Below, piece by piece: positions 1 to 8,349 of a DNA stretch of 30,269 nt. Origin of the DNA: Myxococcales bacterium (lineage in GTDB: Bacteria; Myxococcota; Myxococcia; Myxococcales; Anaeromyxobacteraceae); NCBI GenBank assembly GCA_038320275.1, contig JBBQEB010000027.1, forward strand, positions 1 through 30,269. The letters are read 5' to 3'. Both the position numbers and the translations under genes were made by a program. Positions within the stretch are counted from its first letter, which is position 1; every line of letters starts with the position of its first letter. The notes beneath the pieces are model-generated. The model was not told where the DNA came from. It was given only the letters and a program-made list of their open reading frames with translations, and searched no databases.

Positions 1-699
1 CTCTCGAAAGGCCGTGACCTTCTCGGGAAAACCGCCGGCGCGTCCGTTTCGCAGCCGCTCGATCCATTCGCGCAACGTCGACTGCGTGGCCTCGTACAGC
101 CGCTCCATTTCCCCGGAACCGAGCTTCCGTGTCAGAGCGAGGGGCGAGAGCCGCGCCCGATGGAGAATCTCGTCGGAGTACGCGTTCCCGATCCCGCTAA
201 ACAGGCGGGGATCGGTGAGCGCGCGCTTGAGCGTGTGGCTCTCGCGGACGAGCGCATCGCGAAAGCCGGAGAGGTCCACCTCCAGCGGCTCGACGCCGCT
301 GCGCCGCAGCCCCTCGAGCGCAGCCTCGCCGCGGAGGAGGTGCAACGCAGCTCGCCGCTTCGAGCCCGCCTCGGTGAGGGTGAGCGTGCCGCCCGGGAAC
401 TCGATCGAGGCGAGGGGCTGGCCGGTGCGCTTCGGCCGCTTGCCCTCGCGAGCGATCCAGTGCAGACGCCCGGCGATCATGAGGTGAAGCACGAGGAAGA
501 GCTCCTCCTCCAGCCCGAGGACGATCCGCTTTCCCAGCCGCCGCACCGCGACGACCCGCTTGCCATCGACGCATGCCAGCGGCGGGTCGGCGGTGCGCAG
601 GAGGAACGGGCTCGACAGCCGTACGCCGAGTACGCGTTCGCCCACCAGCCGCGACCGCAGCGCCGCGAGGTAGGCCTCGATGTCCGGGAGCTCGGGCAC
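1..699 (-). CDS. Fpg/Nei family DNA glycosylase/AP lyase (3' end runs off the left edge)
   Basis: Missing from the ORF track because it has no stop in the window. Manual translation from GTG at 699 gives MPELPDIEAYLAA (N-terminal PELP catalytic motif), RRLGKRIV, LHLMIAGRL and the H2TH motif FSGIGNAYSDEILH. The frame is open to position 1. Confidence 0.93.
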   Translation of the reverse strand, partial: MPELPDIEAYLAALRSRLVGERVLGVRLSSPFLLRTADPPLACVDGKRVVAVRRLGKRIVLGLEEELFLVLHLMIAGRLHWIAREGKRPKRTGQPLASIEFPGGTLTLTEAGSKRRAALHLLRGEAALEGLRRSGVEPLEVDLSGFRDALVRESHTLKRALTDPRLFSGIGNAYSDEILHRARLSPLALTRKLGSGEMERLYEATQSTLREWIERLRNGRAGGFPEKVTAFRE

Positions 700-752
700 G
701 GGGGACGACTTAATGGCTGGGAGGGCCCGCTCCCCACCACTACACTCGCGGC

Positions 753-1496
753 GTGCGCCTCCTCGTCCCCGCCGTGGCCCTCGTCGCGTACGCGCTGACC
801 TTCCTCGCTCTCCTCGTCTGGCCGCCCATGCTCCTCGTGGTGCTGCTCGCGACGCTGCCCTTCGACCGCAACCGCGCCGTGGCCGGGCGCTTCCTGCGCC
901 TCCTGGCGGCGTTCATCTCGCGCACCTTTCCCTTCTGGCGCATCCGCTTCGAGGGAAAATGGCCGAAGGGGAAGCAGGCCTACGTGGTGGTCGCGAACCA
1001 CCAGTCCTTCCTCGACATCTTCCTGCTTTCAAACCTGCCGCGCGAGATGAAGTGGGTGGCGAAGAAGTCGCTCTTCGACATCCCGTGGGTGGGCTGGTGC
1101 TTCTACATGTCGGGCGACATCCCGGTGGAGCGTGGCGATGCTGCCAGCGCGGCCAAGGTGTTCGCGAAAGCGAAGGGCTATCTGGAGAACGGGATGAGCG
1201 TCATGCTCTTCCCAGAAGGGACGCGAAGCATGGACGGCGAGCTGCTCCCGTTCAAGGTGGGCGCCTTCAAGATGGCGGTGGACCTCGGGGTGCCCCTGCT
1301 CCCCATCGCAGTCTCGGGCTCGGCCCAGGGCATGCCCAAGGGCAGTCCCTGGGTACGGCCTGCGAACCTGCGCGTGCGCATCCTCGAGCCCGTGTCCACG
1401 AAGGGTATGACCGACCGCAACCTGCGCGCACTGCGGGACGGCGTGCGGGACACCATCGGTGCCGCGGTGAAGGAGCTGCGCGAGAAGACGGGGTGA
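753..1496 (+). CDS. plsC: 1-acyl-sn-glycerol-3-phosphate acyltransferase (PlsC / lysophospholipid acyltransferase family)
   Basis: N-terminal hydrophobic anchor, NHQSFLD (HX4D), PVERG, FPEGTRS and PFKVGAF motifs. Confidence 0.92.
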   Translation: MRLLVPAVALVAYALTFLALLVWPPMLLVVLLATLPFDRNRAVAGRFLRLLAAFISRTFPFWRIRFEGKWPKGKQAYVVVANHQSFLDIFLLSNLPREMKWVAKKSLFDIPWVGWCFYMSGDIPVERGDAASAAKVFAKAKGYLENGMSVMLFPEGTRSMDGELLPFKVGAFKMAVDLGVPLLPIAVSGSAQGMPKGSPWVRPANLRVRILEPVSTKGMTDRNLRALRDGVRDTIGAAVKELREKTG

Positions 1497-1624
1497 CGGC
1501 CTGTCGGGCAGTCGCTCGCCCGGACTGCTCCGGGGTGCAACTCTCGACCTTGGCCTCCCCGAAAAACCCGAGGGCCCTAACCACTTGGCCGCGATCGGAT
1601 GGGCATTCGCGCGAGCTGAGTGCT

Positions 1625-1996
1625 CGACTGCCCTCGACGTCGCGCCCGATGGATCCCGATGCCAGGGCGCTGACCTTTACCGGCACCGGTTCGGTGGCCA
1701 TCACCGTTGCCGCCACGACGAAGACGATCACGATCAACGCCGTCGATCTCAGCGCGCGCGACGTCAAACGCGACGGGCGCGTCCCTGCCACCGTTGCACT
1801 CGACCCGGCGGGCAAACCGCGACATCTACCTTCGTCACCCCGGTAACGCCAAGCCATCACAGCGTGTCGATGGCATGGAGCGGCAAGATCCATCAGTCAG
1901 CGACCGGCATGTTCGCAATCGATTATACCAACGTCCGATGGCACGCCCGACCGCATGCTGGCAACGCAGTTCGAAGCCCCCGCACCTCGTACTTAG
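1625..1996 (+). pseudogene. Frameshifted N-terminal fragment of an M1 family aminopeptidase (PepN-like)
   Basis: Three consecutive pieces joined by frameshifts near 1810 and 1930: RLPSTSRP..DPDARALTFTGTGSVAITV..ITINAVDL..VALDPA / GQTATSTFVTPVTPSHHSVSMAWSGKIHQSATGMFAIDY / SDGTPDRMLATQFEAP. They end in the M1 N-domain TQFEA motif. No catalytic GAMEN/HEXXH part follows. Confidence 0.75.
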
Positions 1997-2301
1997 CTTC
2001 GCCGCAATCGCGCCCGGCGCCCTCGGACTGCGCTCCAAAACGCCCGCACGACGAGCTCACTGCCGCCCTGGTCGTAGTAGAGGTGGTACTGAGTCCGCGG
2101 CAGCAGCAGGACTCGCAGCCCCGGAAAGCCCGGCCGCGGGAGCGGGCGGCCGATGTCGGGCTGCTGCTCCAGCAGTCCAAGGGTTCCTGCCAGCTCGCGA
2201 TTCAGGAGTTCCGGCGCGGCGAGCCGGTTTACTCGCCACCAGGCGTTCGCCTCCTCGATCTGCCGGACGGCGTCGGGGAGGACGACGATGCGAACGGTCA
2301 C
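1993..2301 (-). CDS. Type II toxin, RelE/ParE superfamily
   Basis: 102 aa with the pattern A..I.EA..WW, QPDIGRP, GLRVLLL..TQYHLYY, VVRAFWSAVR. Its GTG start overlaps the upstream stop (GTGA). Confidence 0.8.
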   Translation of the reverse strand: MTVRIVVLPDAVRQIEEANAWWRVNRLAAPELLNRELAGTLGLLEQQPDIGRPLPRPGFPGLRVLLLPRTQYHLYYDQGGSELVVRAFWSAVRGRRARLRRS

Positions 2302-2534
2302 CGGGCGGACTGGAGGCGGTTCAGCAGTTCCTGGGCGGACGAGGCCTTTCCGGTGGCGGCGTACTCCTGCTGGCCGGCCTCGAGCGCGCCGTCGAGTTCG
2401 GCCAGCTCTTCGGCGTCGAGATCATAGACCGGGTCGCGCACGTCGAGCCGGAGCTCGGTGCCGTCCGGGTAGTCGACCCGGTCCTCCACGAGCACCGCGC
2501 GTCCCCCGCGCACGACAGCCTTGAGCGACGCCAT
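2298..2534 (-). CDS. Cognate antitoxin (N-terminal AF2212/DUF104-like beta motif, acidic helical C-terminus)
   Basis: MASLKAVVRGGRAVLVEDRVDYPDGTELRLDV...LDAEELAELDGALEAGQQEY...AQELLNRL. Small and acidic, directly upstream of and coupled to the toxin. Alternative ATG at 2543. The longer ORF-track call (to 2930) overlaps apaH and is unlikely. Confidence 0.75.
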   Translation of the reverse strand: MASLKAVVRGGRAVLVEDRVDYPDGTELRLDVRDPVYDLDAEELAELDGALEAGQQEYAATGKASSAQELLNRLQSAR

Positions 2535-2743
2535 GGTTCCCATCCTACTCTGCCCCTCCCGCACGGTACCACCTGAGCTCGTTCCGGAGGCCGTGCTCGC
2601 ACCGGAAGTCGGGACCAGAGCCGCGCACGGGCCTCGCCTCGGCGGCCGACGATGCGTAACCATCGCAAATGGTTGGGGGGTCCGAGCCGCGGTCGCGGAG
2701 CGGACGATTCGTGCATCGTCGAGCCCGCGTGACCGGCCAGCTC

Positions 2744-3550
2744 TCAGCCGCCGCGGCAGCGCACCGAGAACACCTGGTCGTCCTCGAGGCGCAGCGCTGT
2801 GAGATCCCGGCCCCAGACACAGCCGCTGTCCAGCGCGACGAGGTCCGGCCGCACGACGAGGCCCAGCGCTGCCCAGTGGCCACACACGACGCGCGCGCCA
2901 TCGCTGGCCCGGCCCGGCGCGTCGAACCACGGGACGAGCCCGGCCGGCGCGCCCGCCGGCGGCCCCGAGTAGCCGAGGTGTAGCGCGCCGTCAGGGGTCA
3001 CCAGGCGCATGCGGGTCAGGGCGTTCAAGACGACGCGGTGGCGGTCCGGTCCGCGCAGTCCGTCGTCCCATCGCGCGGGCTCGTCGCCGTACATCGACGC
3101 GAGCAGCTGCGCTGGACGGTCGCGAAGCTCGCGCTCCACCTCCCGCGCCAGCGCCGCCGCGCGGTCGACGGACCAGGCCGGGAGGAGCCCGGCGTGGACG
3201 ACCACCGCGTCGCCCGTCCCGGCGGCGCAGGCGTGGAGGAGCGGTCGCGCGCGGAGCCAGTCGAGGAGGTCGTCGCGGTCGGGCGCGCGCAGCACGTCCT
3301 CGAGCGTATCGCGTCGCCGCGCCCCCGCGGCCACGGCGAGCAGGTGCAGATCATGGTTCCCGAGCACCACGGTCGCGTCGTTGCCGAGCGCACGGACCCG
3401 GCGGAGGACCGCGAGCGACGCCGGGCCGCGGTTCACGAGGTCGCCGGCGAAGAGGAGCCTGTCGATGCCCGGCCGGAACGCGATCGCTCCCAGCAGCGCG
3501 ACGAGCGCATCGTCGCATCCCTGCACGTCTCCAACCGCGTAGGTCGCCAT
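2744..3550 (-). CDS. apaH: Symmetrical bis(5'-nucleosyl)-tetraphosphatase (Ap4A hydrolase)
   Basis: MATYAVGDVQGC, GDLVNRGP, LGNHDLHLLA, VHAG, NALTRMR, GHWAALG and LDSGCVWG are all ApaH signatures. Confidence 0.95.
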   Translation of the reverse strand: MATYAVGDVQGCDDALVALLGAIAFRPGIDRLLFAGDLVNRGPASLAVLRRVRALGNDATVVLGNHDLHLLAVAAGARRRDTLEDVLRAPDRDDLLDWLRARPLLHACAAGTGDAVVVHAGLLPAWSVDRAAALAREVERELRDRPAQLLASMYGDEPARWDDGLRGPDRHRVVLNALTRMRLVTPDGALHLGYSGPPAGAPAGLVPWFDAPGRASDGARVVCGHWAALGLVVRPDLVALDSGCVWGRDLTALRLEDDQVFSVRCRGG

Positions 3551-3756
3551 GCCCGGTTCCCTCGAGGCGGACGCGCTCGAGCTTACTCGAACCAGGCTGC
3601 CCCGGAACGTCGATCACGACGCTCAGCCGTTCGACGTCGAGGGACTGCAGTACGCCTGGTGCCCGGTGCCGAGCGGCCACCTCGCCGATGGCCATCGAGC
3701 GGGTCCAGACAACGCTCCGATGGCACGCCTGTGCCCCTGCTCAACTCCCTGGCAGC

Positions 3757-5151
3757 TCAGCCCACATCAGCAACCCCCGGCGCCTGCTCAGGAGCGGCTC
3801 CGCGCCCGTGCTCCACAGATGCGTCGGACTGTGCCGACGCTGGCCGCGGGAGCCGCGGAAATCCCACCGCCGGCCTGTCCTCCGCGCCGCCGAGCTGCCA
3901 CCGCTGAGCGGTGTCCACGATGAGCCGCGCGCCACGGCCATAGGTGAGGTAGTGCCACGACCACTGCAGGATCACCATGAACCGATTGCGGAAGCCGATG
4001 AGGAAGAAGACGTGGATGAGGAGCCACGCGAGCCAGGCCACCAGGCCGCGGAGGTGGAGCTTTCCCATCTGCCCCACCGCGCGCGCCCGGCCGATGGTGG
4101 CGAGACTGCCCTTGTCCCAGTAGCGGAACGGCTCGATGGCCTCGCCGCGCAGGTTGCGCAGCATGCTCTTCGCGACGTGGCGCCCCTCCTGGATGGCGGC
4201 CGGGGCCAGGCCGGGCACCGGCTTGCCGTCCTCCTGCAGCGCCAGCGCGAGATCGCCCGCGACGAACACTTCCGGATGGCCCGGGATGGACAGATCCGGC
4301 TGCACCTGCACCCGCCCGGCGCGGTCGAGCGGGACGCCCAGCGCCCGCGCCAGGGGTGATGCGGCGACCCCGGCCGCCCAGAGGACGGTGCGTGCCACGA
4401 TGCGGGTTTCACCAATGGTGACGCCCTCGGCGTCGATGCCGGTGACGAGCGTTCCGGTGCGCACCTCGACCCCCAGGTCCTCGAGCTGCTGCTGCGCCGC
4501 GGCCGAGAGGTCGGTGGGGTAGACCGGCAGCACGCGATCCGTGCCCTCCAGGAGAACGATGCGCGCGCGGCGCGGATCGGCGTGGAGGAACTCGGCAGCG
4601 AGGGTGTGACGCGAGATCTCGGCGAGCGCGCCCGCGAGCTCCACTCCGGTCGGTCCGCCGCCGACGACCACGAAGGTGAGCAGCTCTCCTCGCCGGACCT
4701 CGTCGGCCTCCCTGTCCGCCTCCTCGAAGGCGGTGAGGACGCGCCGGCGGATCTCGAGCGCATCCTCCACCGTCTTCAGACCGGGGGCGAAGCGGGCCCA
4801 GTCGGACTTGCCAAAGTAGGAGTGGGTCACCCCTGTTGCGACGAGGAGCTGGTCGTACGGAACGTCGCCGCCGTCCCGCAGCAGCACCCGCTTCTCCGTC
4901 AGTTGAAAGCCCTCCACGTCGCCCAGGACGACGTCGAGGTTCTGCTGCTTCCGGAGAAAGCTTCGGGTGGGGACGGCGATGTCGGCCGGGTTCAGCCCGG
5001 CGGTCGCCACCTGGTAGAGGAGCGGCTGGAAGAGGTGGTGGTTGCGGCGATCCACCAGCGTGACCTGCACCGGAGCGCGCGAGAGCTGGCGGGCGCAGTA
5101 GAGGCCCGCGAAGCCCGCGCCGACGATGACGACGCGTGGTCCTGTCTGCAT
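3757..5151 (-). CDS. ndh: Type II NADH:quinone oxidoreductase (FAD-dependent)
   Basis: GAGFAG FAD motif, HLFQPLLYQVAT, second GGGPTGVELAG motif, AGD, and DKGSLATIGR...GFRNR C-terminal membrane region. Confidence 0.92.
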   Translation of the reverse strand: MQTGPRVVIVGAGFAGLYCARQLSRAPVQVTLVDRRNHHLFQPLLYQVATAGLNPADIAVPTRSFLRKQQNLDVVLGDVEGFQLTEKRVLLRDGGDVPYDQLLVATGVTHSYFGKSDWARFAPGLKTVEDALEIRRRVLTAFEEADREADEVRRGELLTFVVVGGGPTGVELAGALAEISRHTLAAEFLHADPRRARIVLLEGTDRVLPVYPTDLSAAAQQQLEDLGVEVRTGTLVTGIDAEGVTIGETRIVARTVLWAAGVAASPLARALGVPLDRAGRVQVQPDLSIPGHPEVFVAGDLALALQEDGKPVPGLAPAAIQEGRHVAKSMLRNLRGEAIEPFRYWDKGSLATIGRARAVGQMGKLHLRGLVAWLAWLLIHVFFLIGFRNRFMVILQWSWHYLTYGRGARLIVDTAQRWQLGGAEDRPAVGFPRLPRPASAQSDASVEHGRGAAPEQAPGVADVG

Positions 5152-5286
5152 GCGTCAAGGATAGGCACGCCCTCCAGGATGGGCTCGTCGGCGTCGAGGA
5201 GGGAGCGGGCGGTGAGGGCGTTGCGTCCTCGCCAGGCCTGCGAGCCACGCCCCGCGCTCGCGCGGTCCAGAGTATTCTCGCCCCCC

Positions 5287-6561
5287 GTGAGCGACGACAC
5301 GCGCAGCGTCCATGCTTTTCGAACCGTCCCCCGCACCGGCGTCATCTATGCGACGACGGAAGCCACCAAGGCCGGCTTCTCCCCGCGCGATCCCGAGTGG
5401 TGCAACCTGGGCCAGGGGCAGCCCGAAACGGGCGAGCTGGCCGGCGCCCCGCCCCGGGTTCACGCAGTCAGAGTCGAGGTGGACGACCAGGAGTACGCCC
5501 CGGTCGCCGGGCTGTGGGAGCTGAGGGAGGCGATCGCGTCGCTGTACAACCGGCTCTACCGGCGAGGCCTTCCCTCGCAGTACACGGCCGACAACGTGGC
5601 CGTCTCGGGAGGCGGGCGGACGGCGCTCACGCGCGCGGCGGCGAGCCTCGGCCACATCAACCTGGGTCACTTCCTCCCCGATTACACCGCGTACGAGGAG
5701 CTCCTCGACATCTTCAAGGCGTTCACCGCCATCCCCATCCTCCTGGACGGAGACCGGGGATACGCCTTCACCGCCGCCGACCTCCGCGCAGAGATCGCGG
5801 GGCGCGGCCTGTCGGCGCTGCTCGCGTCGAATCCCTGCAACCCCACCGGAAAGCTGGTGCAGGGCGAGGAGCTGGCCCGCTGGGTGGGGGTGGCGCGCGA
5901 GCTCGACTGCACGCTGCTCCTGGACGAGTTCTACTCGCACTACATCTGGAACGGTCCGCCCGGCAGGCTGCCGGTCGAGAGCGCCGCCCGCTACGTGGAG
6001 CACGTCGATCGCGATCCCGTGGTCCTCTTCGACGGCCTCACCAAGAACTGGCGCTACCCGGGCTGGCGCGTCACCTGGACGGTGGGCCCGCGCTCGGTCA
6101 TCGACGCGGTGGCGAGCGCCGGGTCCTTCCTCGACGGTGGTGGCTCGCGGCCGCTGCAGCGCGCCGCCATCACGCTTCTGGGGGAGGATGACGTGGCACG
6201 CGAGACGCTCGCCATCCACCGTGCCTTCGGGGAGAAGCGGTCGCTCCTGCTCTCCCGGCTGGACGCGCTCGGCATCCGCACCGATCGTGCGCCGGACGGA
6301 ACGTTCTATGCTTGGGGGTCGGTGGCTGGCCTGCCGCCGCCGCTCGACGACGGGATGGGCTTCTTCCGCGCCGCCTTGGAGCGGAAGGTCATCTGCGTGC
6401 CGGGCGAGTTCTTCGACGTGAACCCCGGAAAACGGCGGAGCCGCGCCGGCTCCCGGTTCCGGCGCTACGTCCGGTTCTCGTTTGGACCGGCGAAGCCCAC
6501 CCTGGAGAAGGCCCTCGACCGCCTCGGCAGTCTCATCGCCGACGCGCGCGGCCGATCGTGA
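5287..6561 (+). CDS. PLP-dependent aminotransferase, class I/II
   Basis: NLGQGQPE, YAPVAG..ELREAIA, SNPCNPTG, DEFY, GLTKNWRYPGWRV (PLP lysine), VRFSFG. Start set at GTG 5287 because the ORF-track extension to 4582 is antisense to ndh. Confidence 0.9.
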   Translation: MSDDTRSVHAFRTVPRTGVIYATTEATKAGFSPRDPEWCNLGQGQPETGELAGAPPRVHAVRVEVDDQEYAPVAGLWELREAIASLYNRLYRRGLPSQYTADNVAVSGGGRTALTRAAASLGHINLGHFLPDYTAYEELLDIFKAFTAIPILLDGDRGYAFTAADLRAEIAGRGLSALLASNPCNPTGKLVQGEELARWVGVARELDCTLLLDEFYSHYIWNGPPGRLPVESAARYVEHVDRDPVVLFDGLTKNWRYPGWRVTWTVGPRSVIDAVASAGSFLDGGGSRPLQRAAITLLGEDDVARETLAIHRAFGEKRSLLLSRLDALGIRTDRAPDGTFYAWGSVAGLPPPLDDGMGFFRAALERKVICVPGEFFDVNPGKRRSRAGSRFRRYVRFSFGPAKPTLEKALDRLGSLIADARGRS

Positions 6562-6639
6562 GACATTCGGCGGCGCCCCCCGTTTTCGTGTTGCCCCGGG
6601 GCGCGCGGATGCGAACCCTCTGAGCCGGGAGGATATGCC

Positions 6640-7311
6640 TTGGACGCTATCCAGCTGGTGAAGAAGGACCACAAGACAGTCGAAGCGCTGTTCAAGCAGT
6701 TCGAGCGCGCGGAGAAGGCGGAGAAGCACTCCGAGCTGAAGCGCATCGTGCGCGAGCTCATCAAGGAGCTCTCCGTGCACGCGGCGATCGAGGAGCAGAT
6801 CCTCTATCCCGCGATGCGCGAGGGTGACGAGGACGCGGAGGACGACGTCCTCGAGGCGCTCGAGGAGCACCACCTCGTCAAGCTCACGCTGCTCGAGCTC
6901 GACAAGATGAGCCCGAAGGACGAGCGCTACTGCGCGAAGGTCACCGTGCTCATGGAAAACGTGCGTCACCACGTGGAGGAGGAGGAGGAGGAGCTGCTCC
7001 CGAAGCTGCGCGAGCTTTTGGAGCCGAAGAAGCTGAAGGAGCTCGGCGAGCTCATGGAGAAGGCCAAGCGGACGGCACCGACGCGCCCGCACCCGGCTGC
7101 GCCGGACGAGCCGCCCGGCAACCTGTTCGCCGGGGCCATCTCGGCGCTGTACGACCGGGGCCGCGACGTCGTTCGCGACGCGGCGGACACCGCGGCGAAG
7201 AAGGTGAAGAGCGCCCGCAAGAGCGCGGTGCGGCGCAAGCCGAAGGCAGACGCTCCCTCCGAGGAGGCCTCGGACGAGAGCGTCGAGGCGGACGAAGAGC
7301 AGCCGGTCTGA
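6640..7311 (+). CDS. Hemerythrin / HHE cation-binding domain protein
   Basis: DAI.LVKKDH, HAAIEEQILYP, EEHH, HHVEEEE motifs and a PTRPHP..PD.PPGN tail. GGAGGA SD precedes the TTG start. Confidence 0.88.
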   Translation: MDAIQLVKKDHKTVEALFKQFERAEKAEKHSELKRIVRELIKELSVHAAIEEQILYPAMREGDEDAEDDVLEALEEHHLVKLTLLELDKMSPKDERYCAKVTVLMENVRHHVEEEEEELLPKLRELLEPKKLKELGELMEKAKRTAPTRPHPAAPDEPPGNLFAGAISALYDRGRDVVRDAADTAAKKVKSARKSAVRRKPKADAPSEEASDESVEADEEQPV

Positions 7312-7326
7312 GCTGGAGTACCGCCC

Positions 7327-7357
7327 TTCGACGACGGGCCTCCGGCCCTCCGTCGAA
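7327..7357 (+). terminator. Stem-loop downstream of the hemerythrin gene
   Basis: TTCGACG..GGGCC-TCC-GGCCC..CGTCGAA inverted repeat 15 nt after the stop. No U-tract. Confidence 0.4.
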
Positions 7358-7440
7358 CCGACGGCCCCGGGAACGCCCGGCCTCGCGCGTGCGGGGCTGG
7401 GCGTTCTCTCGAGGGGGCTTCAACGCTCCTGGACTCGCCC

Positions 7441-7480
7441 TGAAATGGCGAGGGCCCGACCTCTTCCGAGACCGGGCCCT
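7441..7480 (-). terminator. Probable intrinsic terminator of the cold-shock gene
   Basis: On the minus strand AGGGCCCGGTCTC-GGAA-GAGGTCGGGCCCT (13-bp stem with G-U pairs, GNRA loop), followed by a short ATTTCA. Confidence 0.6.
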
Positions 7481-7507
7481 CCGACGACAGTGTCGCGTGA
7501 CGGCCTT

Positions 7508-7711
7508 TTAGATGGCGCGGACGTTTGCTGCCTGCAGGCCCTTGGGGCCCTTCTTCACTTCGAACTCCACCTTCTGGCCCTCGGCGAGGGTACGGAACCC
7601 CTCGGCCACGATGGCGGTGTGGTGGCAGAAGACATCCTCGCCACCGCCGTCCTGCGTGATGAACCCGAAGCCCTTCGCGTCATTGAACCACTTCACCGTA
7701 CCAGTTGCCAT
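7508..7711 (-). CDS. Cold-shock protein (CspA family)
   Basis: [18 protein letters not shown] (RNP1), VFCH (RNP2), [30 protein letters not shown] before ATG 7711. Confidence 0.96.
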   Translation of the reverse strand: MATGTVKWFNDAKGFGFITQDGGGEDVFCHHTAIVAEGFRTLAEGQKVEFEVKKGPKGLQAANVRAI

Positions 7712-7904
7712 GTACTTCCTTGCGATGTTCGGACCGCAGAGAATTGCGGCCGGTACCAAGCCCGTCACGGGACGTGGACCCGTGCACGTTTAGTCGAATG
7801 AAAGGCCGAAGTCGAGAGCAAAGAGCCCATAACGCATGCCGCGGCGCGGCAACGCGGTCCCGGGTTCGGCCGTTCGAGTCACCCCGGCCCGAAGGCATGC
7901 GCCC

Positions 7905-8207
7905 TCACTTCGCCTTAGCCTTGGCGCCCGCCTTCGGCGCATCGCCGCTGGCCTTGACGCCCTTCATCTCCGCGCTGGCGGCGCTCATCCGGTACTCGAT
8001 CGTCGCCTTGCCCCCCACCTTCAGGTCACCCGTCACGTGCGTGTCCGCCGTGCGGCCGATCTCGAAGCGCTCCTTCCCCTTCTGCACCACGATCATGTCG
8101 TCGGCGACCTCCAGCACCTCTCCGGTCACTTGATAGGTCTTGGGGGTCCGCGCGAGCGCGGGCACCGCGAGCAGCGCCAGCATCGAGGCGAGCACGAGCT
8201 TCTTCAT
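7905..8207 (-). CDS. Small exported protein, predicted OB-like beta-barrel with a basic Lys/Ala tail
   Basis: Signal peptide MKKLVLASMLALLAVPALA, TYQVTGEVLEV...DLKVGGKATIEY pattern, GGAGA SD. Confidence 0.8.
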   Translation of the reverse strand: MKKLVLASMLALLAVPALARTPKTYQVTGEVLEVADDMIVVQKGKERFEIGRTADTHVTGDLKVGGKATIEYRMSAASAEMKGVKASGDAPKAGAKAKAK

Positions 8208-8349
8208 GGTGGTCTTCTCCCGGAAATGAGCGCCGCACGGCGCTCGACGGGCGTGGCGTAACGCGGGCGCGGCTCCGTTGCCTGGAACGGACGTCGCCCT
8301 GGAGGGCGGTCGCCTGAGCTGCAGGGGGGAACGGGCGGCGCCCGCCCCG

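Noticed and set aside
160..798. 212-aa plus-strand ORF and other long antisense ORFs (5155-7092, 8278-10542, 16722-17930, 23350-25449, 25413-26888, 28200-29696)
   Set aside because: Shadows of recognisable genes on the opposite strand, with no independent family motifs.
3551..3756. Possible small gene between ndh and apaH, and a sigma54-like TGGCACG at 3721
   Set aside because: Candidate ORFs run into the neighbouring genes and lack motifs. The GG-to-GC spacing is 9 nt rather than the required 10.
6976..6993. (GAG)6 simple repeat in the hemerythrin gene
   Set aside because: It encodes the normal HxxEEE acidic run of HHE proteins. In-frame triplets would not give phase variation.
7860..7895. 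tRNA T-loop-like GTTCGAGTC
   Set aside because: The flanking bases do not form a T-stem and no cloverleaf can be built. At most a local hairpin.
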